Origin: Camelus dromedarius
Lineage: Eukaryota
Direction of reading: 5' to 3'
Length of the DNA stretch: 64,000 nucleotides
NCBI RefSeq assembly: GCF_036321535.1
Contig: NC_087436.1
Coordinates: 55,678,001 to 55,742,000, forward strand
The notes under the pieces are model-generated. The model was not told where the DNA came from, made no database searches, and saw only the letters and a list, made by a program, of their open reading frames with translations. The position numbers and the translations under genes were made by a program. Every line of letters starts with the position of its first letter. The stretch's first letter is position 1. This document shows, in pieces, positions 40,312-53,109 of the stretch.

Positions 40312-41507
40312 TAACAAAGACACTCCCGGAGCAAATTCCAGAAAGCGCTACTTAACACTCTTTTCGAGGAGGCTTTGTCCTTCCTCAGCCTGCCTAAGCC
40401 AGTCTTAGCAAAGAATCCTTCTAAGTCAACCCCCAACTCTTGATATCTAATCACTTTTGATATCTGATCTAGTTCCTCATGCCCCATATTTAATGTGTAG
40501 GTCCTCTCCTTGCCTTGTAAGAAACCTGTTAGACTACTTTAGCAAGAATCTTCCTACCTTTTTTTTTTTTTAACATTTTTTATTGATTTATAATCATTTT
40601 ACAATGTTGTGTCAAATTCCAGTGTTCAGCACAATTTTTCAGTCATACATGGACATATACACACTCATTGTCACATTTTTTTCTCTGTGAGCTACCATAA
40701 TGTTCTGTGTATATTTCCCTGTGCTATACAGTATAATCTTGTTTATCTATTCTACAATTTTGAAATCCCAGTCTATCCCTTCCCACCCTCCACCCCCCTG
40801 GTAACCACAAGTCTGTATTCTCTGTCTATGAGTCTATTTCTGTCCTGTATTTACACTTTGTTTTTGTTTGTTTGTTTGTTTTTGTTTTTGTTTGTTTAGA
40901 TTTCACATATGAGCGACCTCATATGGTATTTTTCTTTCTCTTTCTGGCTTTTACTTCATTTAGAATGACATTCTCCAGGAGCATCCATGTTGCTGCAAAT
41001 GGCGTTATGTTGTCGGTTTTTATGGCTGAGTAGTATTCCATTGTATAAATATACCACCTCTTCTTTATCCAGTTACCTGTTGATGGACATTTAGGCTGTT
41101 TCCATGTTTTGGCTATTGTAAATAGTCCTGCTATGAACATTGGGGTGCAGGTGTCATCCTGAAGTAGATTTCCTTCTGGATACAAGCCCAGGAGTGAGAT
41201 TCCTGGGTCATACGGTAAGTCTATTCCTAGTCTTTTGAGGAATCTCCACACTGTTTTCCACAGTGGCTGCACCAAACTGCATTCCCAGCAGCAGTGTAGG
41301 AAGAATCCTCCTACCTTTGATGTCTCCCTTAGTAATTTTCCTTGCACTGACTCCTTCAGTCTTCTCTGTTGGTTGTAAATCCGTGCTTGTCTTTGTTGTA
41401 ATTGGAGTTAAGTGCAATCTCACCAACCTACTGCAATGGCCTTAATCCCTATTATAAAAGTCTTGAATAAAATCTTACCTTTTTTTTAAACAGATAACAG
41501 AATAACA
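40312..41507 (+). mobile_element. MER31-like ERV1 solo LTR, split by a young L1
   Basis: taacaaagacactc...ctcttttcga...tagcaaagaatcc...cttgatatct...[L1]...tgatgtctcccttagtaattttcc...ggagttaag...tgaataaaatcttacc...taaca. Confidence 0.8.
40561..41300 (-). mobile_element. Young camelid-type L1, 5'-truncated (~740 bp), 17-bp TSD
   Basis: Poly(T) at 40559-40571. Open ORF2 C-terminus ([23 protein letters not shown]...DTCTPMFIAGLFTIAKTWKQPKCPS...YTMEYYSAIK). TSD AAGAATCTTCCTACCTT (40544-40560) versus AAGAATCCTCCTACCTT (41301-41317). Confidence 0.95.
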
Positions 41508-41701
41508 CTGGTAGCTTTCTAATACTTTCAAATAGATTCTAAAAAATACATTCTCTTCATCTTTTTAAATTCTTGAATGTGAGAGGGTGGGCTAAAGACA
41601 ACCTGGACAGTTATTTCTCAAGAACAATAATTTTGAGGGCATAAGTAACCATACTAAGCAATGAACTATGTTATGTAAGGTATCTCCTTATGTAACAGCC
41701 T

Positions 41702-42093
41702 TGTTAAAAGATAAACTGAGGCATATTGAATATTTTTAGAGTCTATTTGAGCAAAAATGTATTCGAAGCAGGCAGCATCCAACCTACCATCTAGAAAGGA
41801 GATCCAAGGAGTTGTACCAAATGGAAGACTTTCATAGGCAAAGGGAAACAGGAACAAGAAAGTTATATGAGGCAAAAAAGCAGGTTGCTTATTGCAAAGT
41901 TACTTTCCTTTAAGGGATGGCAGGGGTTTATCAGGAAGATTACCTAACTTGTATTGATCAAGAAATTCCTGACTGACTTGTTTAAGATTCCATTTCTCAG
42001 AGAGTTGAAACTATAATTATCTTAGGTCTACTTTGATGACATAAGGCTTAATATAAGGAACTCCGTTTCAGGCCTGATGTCTTCTTTACAACA
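41702..42093 (-). mobile_element. ERV1 solo LTR (MER93-like), inserted in a MIR
   Basis: TG...CA termini (tgttaaaagataaactgagg...ttctttacaaca). Flanks gcct/gact give a 4-bp TSD with 1 mismatch. MIR sequence lies on both sides. Confidence 0.75.
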
Positions 42094-42638
42094 GACTTAT
42101 AAGAATATCATACCTATTTTACAGAATAAGAAGTGGAAAATTAAAATGTACGTGTAATTTTCCCATGGTTTCAAATAGGAAAGAATGTAAGGCTAAATTT
42201 AATCCCAGAGTGGTCTGATTGCAAAGGTAATACATCTCACTACCACTTTCCACAGTCTACCCAAGCATCTTGACTTTACGAAGTCACTGGTATGAGTTAG
42301 CACCTTATGGTCATTTTAGACTTTATGTCTTATCACACTTTTACTACTATGGTTTGGTCCTGGTGGATGTGTGCACATTGTTTCTTTGCAGATATTTTTT
42401 TTTTCTGTAACAGAATTTTATATAGACCTATGTCCCAATCACAAATTGAAAAACCTTATTTTTTTTTCCAATCCTCATCCTTTGAGGTAGAGCCTACAAA
42501 TATTTCATCCTACCTATGAGAAGATAGAGGTTAAAAGAGGTAAGTAATATTCCAATGAGGACACAGACAAAATAGACATTGCTGAGACAAACAGCGTTGC
42601 TTATCACCTAGTTTTATAAGGGTTAAGTCATCACACAC

Positions 42639-43047
42639 TGCAATTGACAACCAACAGTGTACCCTGAAAGGAATTCAGGATGAAAAACACGATGAAGCAC
42701 TCCATGCTTTGGACAAGCAATCCCCTTAGACAGTTAGAAGCATACCTCAGGAAGAATTCTGATGATCTCAGATTCTTGCATCTTCCCATACATAGAAAAG
42801 CACTCAAGTCATTAACTTGAGATATTTATTATTTGTGATTAGCAGCAATCTTTTACCAAGACGTTTGTTTGACTGCCCGTATTTCCTAGCCAAAACTCTT
42901 ATATAAAAGAGTTTCTCCCCCACCTCTTCAGAACAGTTTCCTTAGAGCTACCTGAGTGGCTGTCTCCCAGGCTATGGCCCTCAGCAAGACCCTGAATAAA
43001 ACTCAAATTCACAACTCTCATATTGTGTGCTTTTCTTTAAGTTGAAG
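42639..43047 (+). mobile_element. ERV1 solo LTR (MER34-like artiodactyl family), inserted in a MIR
   Basis: accctgaaaggaattcaggatg...cagattcttgcatcttcccatacatagaaaagcact...TATATAAAA (42900-42908)...gctgtctcccaggcta...AATAAA (42995-43000). Candidate ACAC TSD at 42635-42638 and 43048-43051. Confidence 0.8.
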
Positions 43048-44649
43048 ACACCAAATAATAGAATTCTGTGTGAAGGAGCCAGGATATGAACCACAGACAT
43101 TTTACCATGAAGTTTATACACTTAACCTCAACATTGTTATCTAACTTGATAAGCAGTTTTGTTGAAGCCTTATTGTGGCAGATTAATGATACGGTAATGT
43201 TGTCCCCATTGATAAATTCAACAATTTATTTCAATTTCTTTTTTCAGTGACTATTAATATATAGTAAAGTTTAAGTTATTATAATCATGGCTAACCTATT
43301 TATCCATACAAATAAAAATTATTAAAATTTATTTTACTGCATAGTACACTTACTGCTCAAGATCAGCTGAGAAGTTCTATTTCTGTATCCATTGACACCC
43401 TCCTCGCGTGTTCAGCCTTAATCATCGTGTCCTCTTCTCAGAATGACACCGCTGATGCATGTTCGTTCCTTTGACAGCTGTCACATATCCTGGAAAATCC
43501 CAGTATTTCCTTCAGTTACACTACTCAAAATATGCTATACGTCACATTTATATTTCTTATAATTCTGCCCCAATCTGGGATAGCCACCTCTTTAAAAGAG
43601 ATTGTATATTGCCATGAATGAAACTGTGTCCATGAGTTTAAAAGAATCATAAAATGGAATGACCTTTTTAGAAATTCAAATATCTGTTTGGCAATTAAAA
43701 TCTATGTCTATCAATTTTCAGACACATCTAGAAATATTTTAACTGTTATTCACATATGAGATTAGCAATTTTCAAGCATACAAAAAGTTTGGTTTTGCAC
43801 AGTGTCTATTTTATGATACAAACTTGCAGTGGGTAGAGATTCTGGTGGAAGTTACTTAGTTATTTGCTTCCTTTTCATTTTTGACATCTTGTACAAATTT
43901 CTGAACTGCTAACTAAACACTAAGAAGGGTCTAACTGGAAATTTTCAGAGAAGAATTCACTCTTGAAGGACACTGATAGTGATACATGAAAATGTTTACC
44001 TCTAAATGAATTGTCCTCTGCAACATGGAGATTAGCACAGGTTGGACATACAGGCATATTATAAAGTCAGGCAGTCACCATTGATATTTGAGATCTGTCC
44101 ACAGTAATTACTAAGCACTGGATATGTTACTAAGGAAAAAAGTTCCATGGTCCCTATTCTTGAAGTGTTTTAGTTCTTGAGAAAACAGACAGATACACAT
44201 GAATCAAAAAATTTCAGTAAGAAGTAATACAGCAACAAATATATAGAGACATCTGAGTGGTTATTCATGCAATTCTAGTTCCCATTTACTCTAAATAAAA
44301 TTATATTCTATAAGTTAGAATATAAAATATATTCTAAAATATGATCATTGGAGATGTATATTTAACAAAAAAGAAGGAACCTTTTGCCATGTAAACTTAT
44401 TTCTAATAGAAATATGTTCATATGTTGAAATAGGAAAATGGAGTAATATAAGGCATGACATTACCAACACATTGCAGACAAACTTCAACCACATAACAAC
44501 TAATAAAGGTATAAAACATACTTATCACATCTTCAGTATAACAGAGAGATCGTATGGAGTATGGTAAGGAAATTTACATTTATTGAGCTAGGTGTGTATC
44601 TCTGAGCTGCACATTTTCACATATATAATTGTGTGGTTTCGTCACAACA

Positions 44650-44782
44650 GCATGAACTTCTTAGAGGCAAGAACTGTCCCTTTTAAAATTGTATATGCCT
44701 AGCGCCTTTTAGTATTATTGCTCAGTAAATGCTAATTAAATCCATTATTACATAAATGAGTGAACTAATGAATAAATGAACA
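44650..44782 (+). mobile_element. L2 3' end
   Basis: catgaacttcttagaggcaagaactgtc...gcctagcgcc...gctcagtaaatg...tgaataaatgaa. Confidence 0.7.
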
Positions 44783-44859
44783 TACTAATACAGTAATCTT
44801 TGAAAGGAAAAAGTCTTTGGACTATGGAAACCCAAGTTATTCTTTAGAACAGGAAAGTT

Positions 44860-46100
44860 TTATTATTTCTAATTTTGTTTTTTTAAACTACTCTGCTACT
44901 GTTTTTTTCCATCTGTACCTCTTATTTTAAGATTATTGAATCTCATGTATATTCATGTCATGTATAATTTATTTCTCTTTTACATTTTCCACTGTATTCT
45001 TGAAGAAATTCCCTATTTCTTCATCTAATTTTAAAGTTGTGTGTTCAATTCTAACCATTTTTAAAAATTCCGTTTCTCTCTTGAGATTTGTTCACTTCCA
45101 AAAATCACATTTTGAGTTTTGTGGGTTTTTAAAAATATTTAAGAACTATCTCCTTTACAGTTTTACATTTTTATTGCAGCATCCTTCTTATTAATGCTCA
45201 AATCTCATTGAAAATGCTAATGAGAACTTTAAAAATCTTCTGCATGTATTGTGTTTCAATAGGAGCCATTTGCTTCAAGGGCTTATTTTCCTCAAAAAGG
45301 AAAAGTGACTTTCTCTGCATGTTTGTTTTAACAAATGGAGATGCATCATGATGCCTCATTTTGTACTGAGAAAACAAGTCTTCACCTCCCTCGAGTTCCT
45401 TTCCCCTGCTAAAGGCCTCTTCCTTCCACTACTTCTCTCCACTCCCAAAGCCTCTTAAAATACAAATCCTGTTTACTGTTCTGAGTGCTCAGCCTGCCTT
45501 CAGCTTGCACATGTTTCTCCTTCAGCGAAACAGGAGTTCAGCCGTCTAGCCGAGCAACAGCTCCCTGAAGCCTACCCTCTCCCCAAATCTTCCAGCCTCC
45601 CCGTCACACACGGGGGCTTTTGAGTAGGAATGAAAAAAGTTCTGGGGCTAAAGCAAATCTGACAAACCCTCATCTAAGTCTTGAGATCCTTCTGGAGAGA
45701 ACGTGGGGCAGACACTGTCTTGGCGGGGGCCAGCTCCGTATAGGAGTAGGGGCGTTTCCCTGAATTCTGGCTCCCCTGCACTTGGATCTTGCTGATGCTG
45801 CTGTCAATCTGCCGACGTCATTCTTGGCCAGACAGCAGACCAAATCCAAAGGCTGAGGAGCACCTGCACCTGTGTCTTTTCCCCAGCAGAAATCTTTCCT
45901 CTAGGAAGCAGAAAGCTAGGGATTTTGCAACATAAATTCAAAACAAACAAACACAATGCAGCAAAACTCATGGAAACACAGATGCCAGCCAATAAGAGAA
46001 GACACAAAGAGTGAGCCTTGTGGGGCTCTCCAGCACTGACTGTCCCAGAATTGGTCCTCTCTCCACATTGCTGTTTCTGCCCCAACACTGGGGCTCACAA
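44860..46100 (-). mobile_element. Very old L1ME/HAL1-like ORF1 and 5'UTR relic
   Basis: T-rich antisense ORF1-like sequence followed by a GC-richer 5'UTR-like block. Not resolvable to family. Confidence 0.3.
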
Positions 46101-46367
46101 ACACTCCTGTGTCTCGTTATCATAGAGCTGCCACTGACTGTGGCCTTATGTGCCCTACCCCAGACACCCAGCCCCAGCCCCTAACCCAAAAATCCTACTG
46201 GCCTTTAAAGAGATTATCTTTAAACCAAGATTCTCTTTTAATCATCATTTACATTGTTTTCTGCCCTGACTGTCACCTTCATATACCTTCCCTAACCTAC
46301 AAACCTGTTAACATTGTCTTAAGGTGAAATGGCTATAAAATCAGTGTTTAATTGATAAATCTCTTTC

Positions 46368-46369
46368 AA

Positions 46370-46412
<43 letters not shown>

Positions 46413-46415
46413 ATA
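46368..46415. repeat. (AAAT)n, ~12 units
   Basis: Directly visible. Confidence 0.97.
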
Positions 46416-48139
46416 CATCAGGAATTAAGGACACTCACATTAGAAAGGTATTTGGTGAATTACCAAGTTGGGACACAATACACAATACAAACAGTCGTGT
46501 TTTCTCATTTCTAGTCTATAAAAGAATCGGGACTGTAGTGTGAAAAGAGAGAAAACGTATTACTGAAATTGTAATTTATTTCAATTTATTTATTTTAATA
46601 CTGAACTGCAGAAGGTTATGGGACATATCCAAAATTTCATTCTGGGCTATGTCAAAGAATAGTCTGCTTAAAGGACAATGGAGAAAAAAAAAAGCAGTTT
46701 ACATCCTATTGTGTTCAGATCATTAAAAAATAATGTAGAAATTGATTATTATGAGTAGGTTTTTTAAGAAGTTGTGACTTCTTTGTTGTTGTTTCTTTCC
46801 TTCCCCTTGCTCTTTTCTCTTCCACACTGGCAGCCTTGCCTCTTGCTGCTGATGCGCGTATCTTCAAAAGTGTGTCCTTGATGAAGCCTCCTCACTTAGC
46901 TTGCTCTGGGCACCAAGTCCGAACTAGGAGATAAAGCGTTCAGCCTACTGCACAGCGTGATGGCCTTTTAGCATCCCTTAAGACAAGTGTTACCTGCTTT
47001 TCCCTCTCTCCAAGAGTCCCCCAAGATGTTCCAAGTTACAAACAAACAAGGAAGGATGGCCCTGCTCAGCCCAGGTAAAAGTTTTATCTTCCAGCTCTTC
47101 TGTCCAAGCAGAGGTCTATGGCAGAACCCTCCTTCAAGTTACTTTGTCTCTATTAAAGTCTTCGTTTTTAAGCCAATGGTTTTGATGTAAACCTGGGGGC
47201 ATGGGACACAAAGATTTTTTGATGTTCTGTGAACTGATCAAATGGAGTACAAGATTTTGGGGAGAGAAACTGCCACAAAGTTTTAGAGATATTAATCTTC
47301 ACATCTGACTAAAGGCTATTTGCTATAATTATGGATGCATCAACATTCGGTTTCAGCCTCAGTTTTACTCAAGATATTCTCTTAAGTTTTGAAATCATCT
47401 TAGGTCTTTTTCCCACCTGTCACTTTCACTTCTACTTTGTTATCATAGGATTTAAATTTTTATAGTCAGTTGAAAGTTTTCTTAATGTTGATGCTGAACA
47501 TTTACTATTGATTTTTCAAGCTATTTATTTTCCCATGTTATATGTAGAGTGATTTCCCCCTTCCAGTTTTTACCTTTTATTCATTATGTAGAAAAAAATA
47601 GTTCCTTTAGAATATTCATTTTGAAAGTGTACACCTTCTTGAATATCATATTATATTGTAGCTTTGAATGGTTTTTCACTTTCCTTTGGGCATAAAACTG
47701 CGAGAAAACATTTCTAAGTAGTAATAATATATTTGTTCTATACTTCATCCTACATGCATAATTTACATAATTCTTGCAACTGAACCCGCTGAGCCTTTTA
47801 ATTATCACCACCATCTGCCCACTAATAAACATCAGATATGCACTGGGGAAATAGAACTGAATTTTGGGAATACTGAGATAAAGAGATCAAGAGACACATT
47901 GAAGAGTGAGTTTCTCCAATTTCAAAAACTAGATAAAGAGCAGACTGAAGAGAAAAGTAAGGGCAATGGAAAATGGCCTGGAGGAAAAGGAGCAGCAACA
48001 TAGTGCTCTGAAAAGTTCTCCACACTGGCACTGAAATGAAAGATCCGGAAACCATAGTGTCACAAGAGGAGTGAGGAAAAGCCCTGGACTTCATACCCAG
48101 TCCAAGTAGATATTCAGTAAATCCTTCTCTCATGAATGA

Positions 48140-48390
48140 GTATATGATGTTCAGTAAGAAGAGAAAATACTAACGGCATAAGAACTGTCTTCAAAAATTT
48201 AGAAGCTTTACAAAAATTTTAGAAGCTTGTTTTGTGAAAGAAGCAGACTTCTTTGAATGAATCAAAGGGTTACTCTTAGATTAAAGACCAGGAAATTATT
48301 AAGAAGAGCAACTTTTTCTGTTTGTTTCCTTTGGGGGAAGAATAGCTTTCTAAAAATAAAGAGATCTCCAGTAATAGAAAGCATTCACTC
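48140..48390 (+). mobile_element. CR1/L3 LINE 3' fragment
   Basis: gatgttcagtaagaagagaaaatact...ctgtcttcaaaaatttagaag...gtgaaagaagcagact...gctttctaaaaataaagagatctcc. Includes a ~19-bp tandem duplication at 48192-48228. Confidence 0.6.
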
Positions 48391-51093
48391 ACCAAATATG
48401 CCTCTGATAGGCAAGGTCTGGGTTTTCAATGGTGACCAATATTTACCTTGAATGCATGCAGATGGAGAGAGTAAGGAGAGAGGGAGACAGATACTGGACA
48501 ACTAATTATACTATAATTGAAGTATAGTTCAAATATTTGCTATGAAGGAGAACTACATAATGCTATGAATATTTTAACCATAGCAACTTACCTGGTCCTG
48601 GGAATTAAGGAAAGATTCCCTGGGGAAGTGACATCATGAGAAATGCTACATAAGGGAAGGGAGGGAAGAGAATGATAGGTCATAAGGTGGTGGAAAGAGT
48701 GTATAAAGGCTGCAGACAGCAAAGAGAAGAGTCAGTGAAGAGTGTAGCAAGAGAAGTGATTGAGATAGAGTGCGTGGTGCCTGACATGGATTAGAGAAAG
48801 GATGTTTAGCGGTGAGTACCACTAGGTATACACGGACACAGTGACCTCACACCTAGAAAGATTTCTTGCTGACCTCCAGGAAGAATCTTCAGGCCATTAA
48901 CCTGAATGAATGTGTGAGTTAGAATGAACTGCTCAGCATCCCAAGACCTTGTATAACATGCCACTCATACTATTTGATCCCTTTAGTGTAAACATATTTG
49001 ACTCTCAGAATAATGTGTGATTCAGATCTTTTGAAGGATGATTCTTTTGTAAAGGAAAATTCTTGCAATTATATCACTTGCATAAAAATGAAGTTTGCCT
49101 TCTCTATTCTTATAATTTACACATTATTTCTTTTTTCTTTTCCAATCACAATGTCTTATAGTTCCCATATTTCCTGCATGATGTTAAATAATTGTGTTGA
49201 TATTGGACATTTTATATTTTCCTGACCTTTAATGTGTACAGGGTTTCTTAATTAAATATTATTCTGCCTTTGTCTTAAAACACATTTTTTCAATTGCATT
49301 AACATGCAATTATTGCATTATAGTCTATTAAAAGTTATTGTATTTTAATACAGAAATGCATGTTTAATTTATAAAATAGTTTTCCCACTGTACTACATAA
49401 CTTTTCTAAATTATGAGACACATTTTTATATTTCAAGAATAAAACAGTCTGATAGAGTTGAGGATGGTATAAATAATAATGTAGCGTGGTGGATGGAGGC
49501 AGAGGCTTTGACACTTTAAACAAATATCTCTTTTCCAGTATTATTGCTATTTCATGTTTCATATTTCGTGTCTCAGAATACATGCCAGAAGTAGTCAAAC
49601 TCTTCTAGAAGATAATCCAGTTTTGCTTCCCTACAATTCTCATTACAGAGAGAATATTCTAGAACACAAATATAGATTTGTGTGTATCAGGCACACTGCC
49701 TGTCCTATAGGGAATCCCACAGATATATCTAGTCCTACAGGTCCTACCTCTTAGAGCTAATAGTTCTTATTTCTTCTCCTGCATTATCTCTGGCTCCCCT
49801 ACTCCACCGAGATTCAAGTTGTCCCAGTGATAGCTTTTGACAGCAAAGAAAGATACCTTGTCATCCAGTGTGAGGAAGTGGGGGAGAAGGTAAGAACATC
49901 CTCCACTTAGCTTGTGCTGCCTTACTTGCTGGACCCAGAGACTATTCTGAAGCACGGCATGTAATCAAAATCACAGGCTTGGAGCTCTAGTTGAAAAATC
50001 CTGCTATAAGACGTATGTCTTCTTCTCAGAGCAGAGTTAAAGCCAACGCCACTTGTTGCAGTGCCATTGTCTACATCACAGACATGTGATAAGTTGACTT
50101 AGGCAGAGCTTTCTCCCAGCAAACAACTCCCTCAGCTGGAAACCCTACCGGTGAGGCATAATTTGAAAGAAGAGAAGGAGAGTTATAAATTATATACCAC
50201 TACAATTAAATGTGAAATTGTCACTCATCAGGTGGACATGCCATTCATAAAGACCTTCCCAGCTCATTGCACTGGACTTCTTAATTTGGTTCCTGGAGGT
50301 AGCTAATTTTCTCCGCAATTGAAAGAATATCCACTGTGCATGATTTCTAGGAGCAAGTGAACATGATGATGATTTGCTCAACTGGTCACTGGGTGTTGAA
50401 CTATTTCCTTTTTTAAATTTACAATGATTTCTTCATGTCCTCTGAATTTCTAACTTGATTCCAGAAAAGGTCATACAATCAAAAAGGGGTGTTGTAGTTG
50501 GCTGTAATCAGTCATCTAGCTGTCAGTTTTAAGGGAAAAAAAAAGGGCTGGCAGATCAGGTGGACAAAGAGGAAAATTAACCTAACATAACCTTAGGTTT
50601 ATGACACTGAAAATCTAGTTAAGTGGGCTGTGGACTGTGCATTGTAGTAAAATACCTCTGTGAATTGTAAAGTAAAAGAAAATCTCTCCATGGAAATGCT
50701 TCAAATACTGCCTAAAGCGAACTATTTTATATTTTCTCCTATGGGAAAATGACTATGATTAGGTTTGTAAGACACTTAACTTAACACAAGAAATATTGTC
50801 TGATGACGCTTTCTAAGGCTATTGACAACAGTGATGATACTCATTTAGAACTGGACTTCAATCACTTTAAAATTTCAACAAATACTTCAACCACTGTAAG
50901 TTGAAGTTAAGTTTCCCAGTCCTTCAAATAATTACCTGACTTAATATAATGACTCTTTATACTATTTCCTTAAACTTGCACAGCGCCTCTCTGAGGAGCA
51001 CAAAGTGATTTCCAGACCATATCTCATTAATTTTTCTAAAAGCACTACCAGGGGAGAAGGCCAGGAGAAATTAGAAGAGTGTTTTCACATAAA

Positions 51094-51106
51094 GGGGGGG
51101 GGGGGG
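51094..51106. repeat. G13 homopolymer
   Basis: Directly visible. Confidence 0.9.
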
Positions 51107-51616
51107 AAGACTTCCATGGTAAAAAATAAAATCTTCATTCCATATGTAGAGTCTCTGTATGTGTGATCATAGCTCCTGTTGTTAAGAAAAAAAAACAGAG
51201 ATTCCTCCAACAATAATCTTTAAGATTGCTTTTTACTTGTAACTACAATTTAAAAGAAAAAATTTCTTTCTGATATGTTCTTTAAAGTAACAAGAAATTC
51301 AAAAGAAAGTAGCCTTGCTTATATTAAGTAAATTAAAGAACATGTGACAGTCTTGTAGGACTTACCCAAGCTGGTGTACGAGAGAGCAAGCTGCACAAAG
51401 GAAACTGACATTGTTTATTGTGAGTCTAGGTGAAGTTCCAGGTGAGTTTTCAGTGTTGCAAACACAAGTGAAGTTTCAGTTAGCTTATTAAGGGACATGT
51501 GGAGCAACTGGACAATTTCTGAAGTAGTTAGTGTGCAGACACAGCATGATAGCAGGATGCTATTAAAGGCAATGTTTCCAAACATACTGAAAATAAATGA
51601 GATGCAAGCAGGGTTT

Positions 51617-51651
51617 TTTGTTTGTTTGTTTGTTTGTTTGTTTGTTTGTTT
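51617..51651. repeat. (TTTG)n repeat
   Basis: Directly visible. Confidence 0.95.
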
Positions 51652-53109
51652 AATGCCAAGATTTGTTTATGAGGAAGAGATGAAGGCTTGGGGACAAACT
51701 CTTGATAGTCTTCCGTGCACTTCTCATCAACTGTGAGCAATACAATAGATTAACCTTTGAATCTGTCTTGCGAACAAGTTCCAAGAGCCATCAAGGTGCC
51801 AGAAATGTTGTGGGATATCTGATGGTTTCAATGCAAGATCTGTAGATCAACACCCAGCTGGGTCATCCAGCACTTTCTGGGGATGGGGGTGGGGGTGGAA
51901 TAGCCCATACTCAGTGAAGCACTGGGGATAATTCTGGATCACAGGAACACACTGGGTTTGGAGGATCAAGTTGTGAAAATCAACAGAACAAGATAAGAAC
52001 AAGGTCAACAAGACCCACAGAATGAGAGCCTTTTGAAATTCCTTTGGTTATTGATTAGACAGGACTCAGGCAGTGTTAACAAGCGGCTGAAATAAGCAGG
52101 AAACAGGAAGGCTGGTGCAGCAGCAATGTTCTCTTACAGGGCATTCCCACTGTTCCTCCTGGCAGAACCAGGAAGGTAAGGATTAAGTTCAGTCCACCTG
52201 GAGGAGCAGGACAGTAAACCTGTCCTCACAGAGGTGAATAGTTCTTGTCTAGGGTTATTCGTCCAGGAGAACCACTGGGAGTAGCTGATGTACTTAGACC
52301 CTGGTAGTGGCAGCCACCACGGCACTGAAAGAGGGAGTGGGAAGGACAGCGTCTCTTCACTGAAAAGACAGCTGGAAAACCCATCCCCAAGAGAAGCACA
52401 GGTCTTCCCACACTGGGACAGATGCCCAGCACTACGGGACTGGCACCCAGCTCAACAGCTCCACCAAAACCAGAGAGAAACCACGCAGAAAACAAATTTC
52501 CTCTGTCAGGACCACCCACGGGCAAGTGCCCTCAAGGAAACACAAATTAAAACAATACCTCAAATGTCACAGATGTGAAAAGAACATAGAATTGAAAATT
52601 AGAAGACCTTTATAAAAAAGGAAAAAAAAAAACTCCAAGCTTTTCATATGTGTAACTTTCTTTTTCTTCAACATCCTATGAAATGGATCAAAGGAGGTTT
52701 TAGTACCATTTTAGGTGAAGAGAGCATGATGGAGAAATTAAACTGTTCAGTTCATTCAAGTCCCTTGTAGAAATCCAGTCTTCCTGGTTTATGAGAAGGA
52801 AGGAAAGTCATGCTTTCTTTTTTTATACAGACCTCTAATCTCATTTATTTAAAAGAACAAATGATATACCATGTGCTATAATAGGGGCTCCATGCTTATC
52901 TGTTTATTTTAAACATCTCTGTAAATAGGTTAGTAGTTCCTATTCTTACATCACTACAACTTGTGAATTATTATAAAATTTTATATTCATACATTGAAAC
53001 TTGAACATAAAAAAATTATACTTACATTTATTTTAGACTTCTAATTAATATGGCTGTCATTGAACTAAGCTTAGCTTTATCCTCCTAACTTCAAATATTC
53101 CTTAACTAA

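Noticed and set aside
40919..41347. 142-aa minus-strand ORF
   Set aside because: L1 ORF2 C-terminus of a 5'-truncated insertion, with a start borrowed from flanking LTR sequence.
52134..52578. Overlapping 63-99 aa ORFs in a GC-richer patch
   Set aside because: No recognisable protein. Open frames are explained by locally higher GC.
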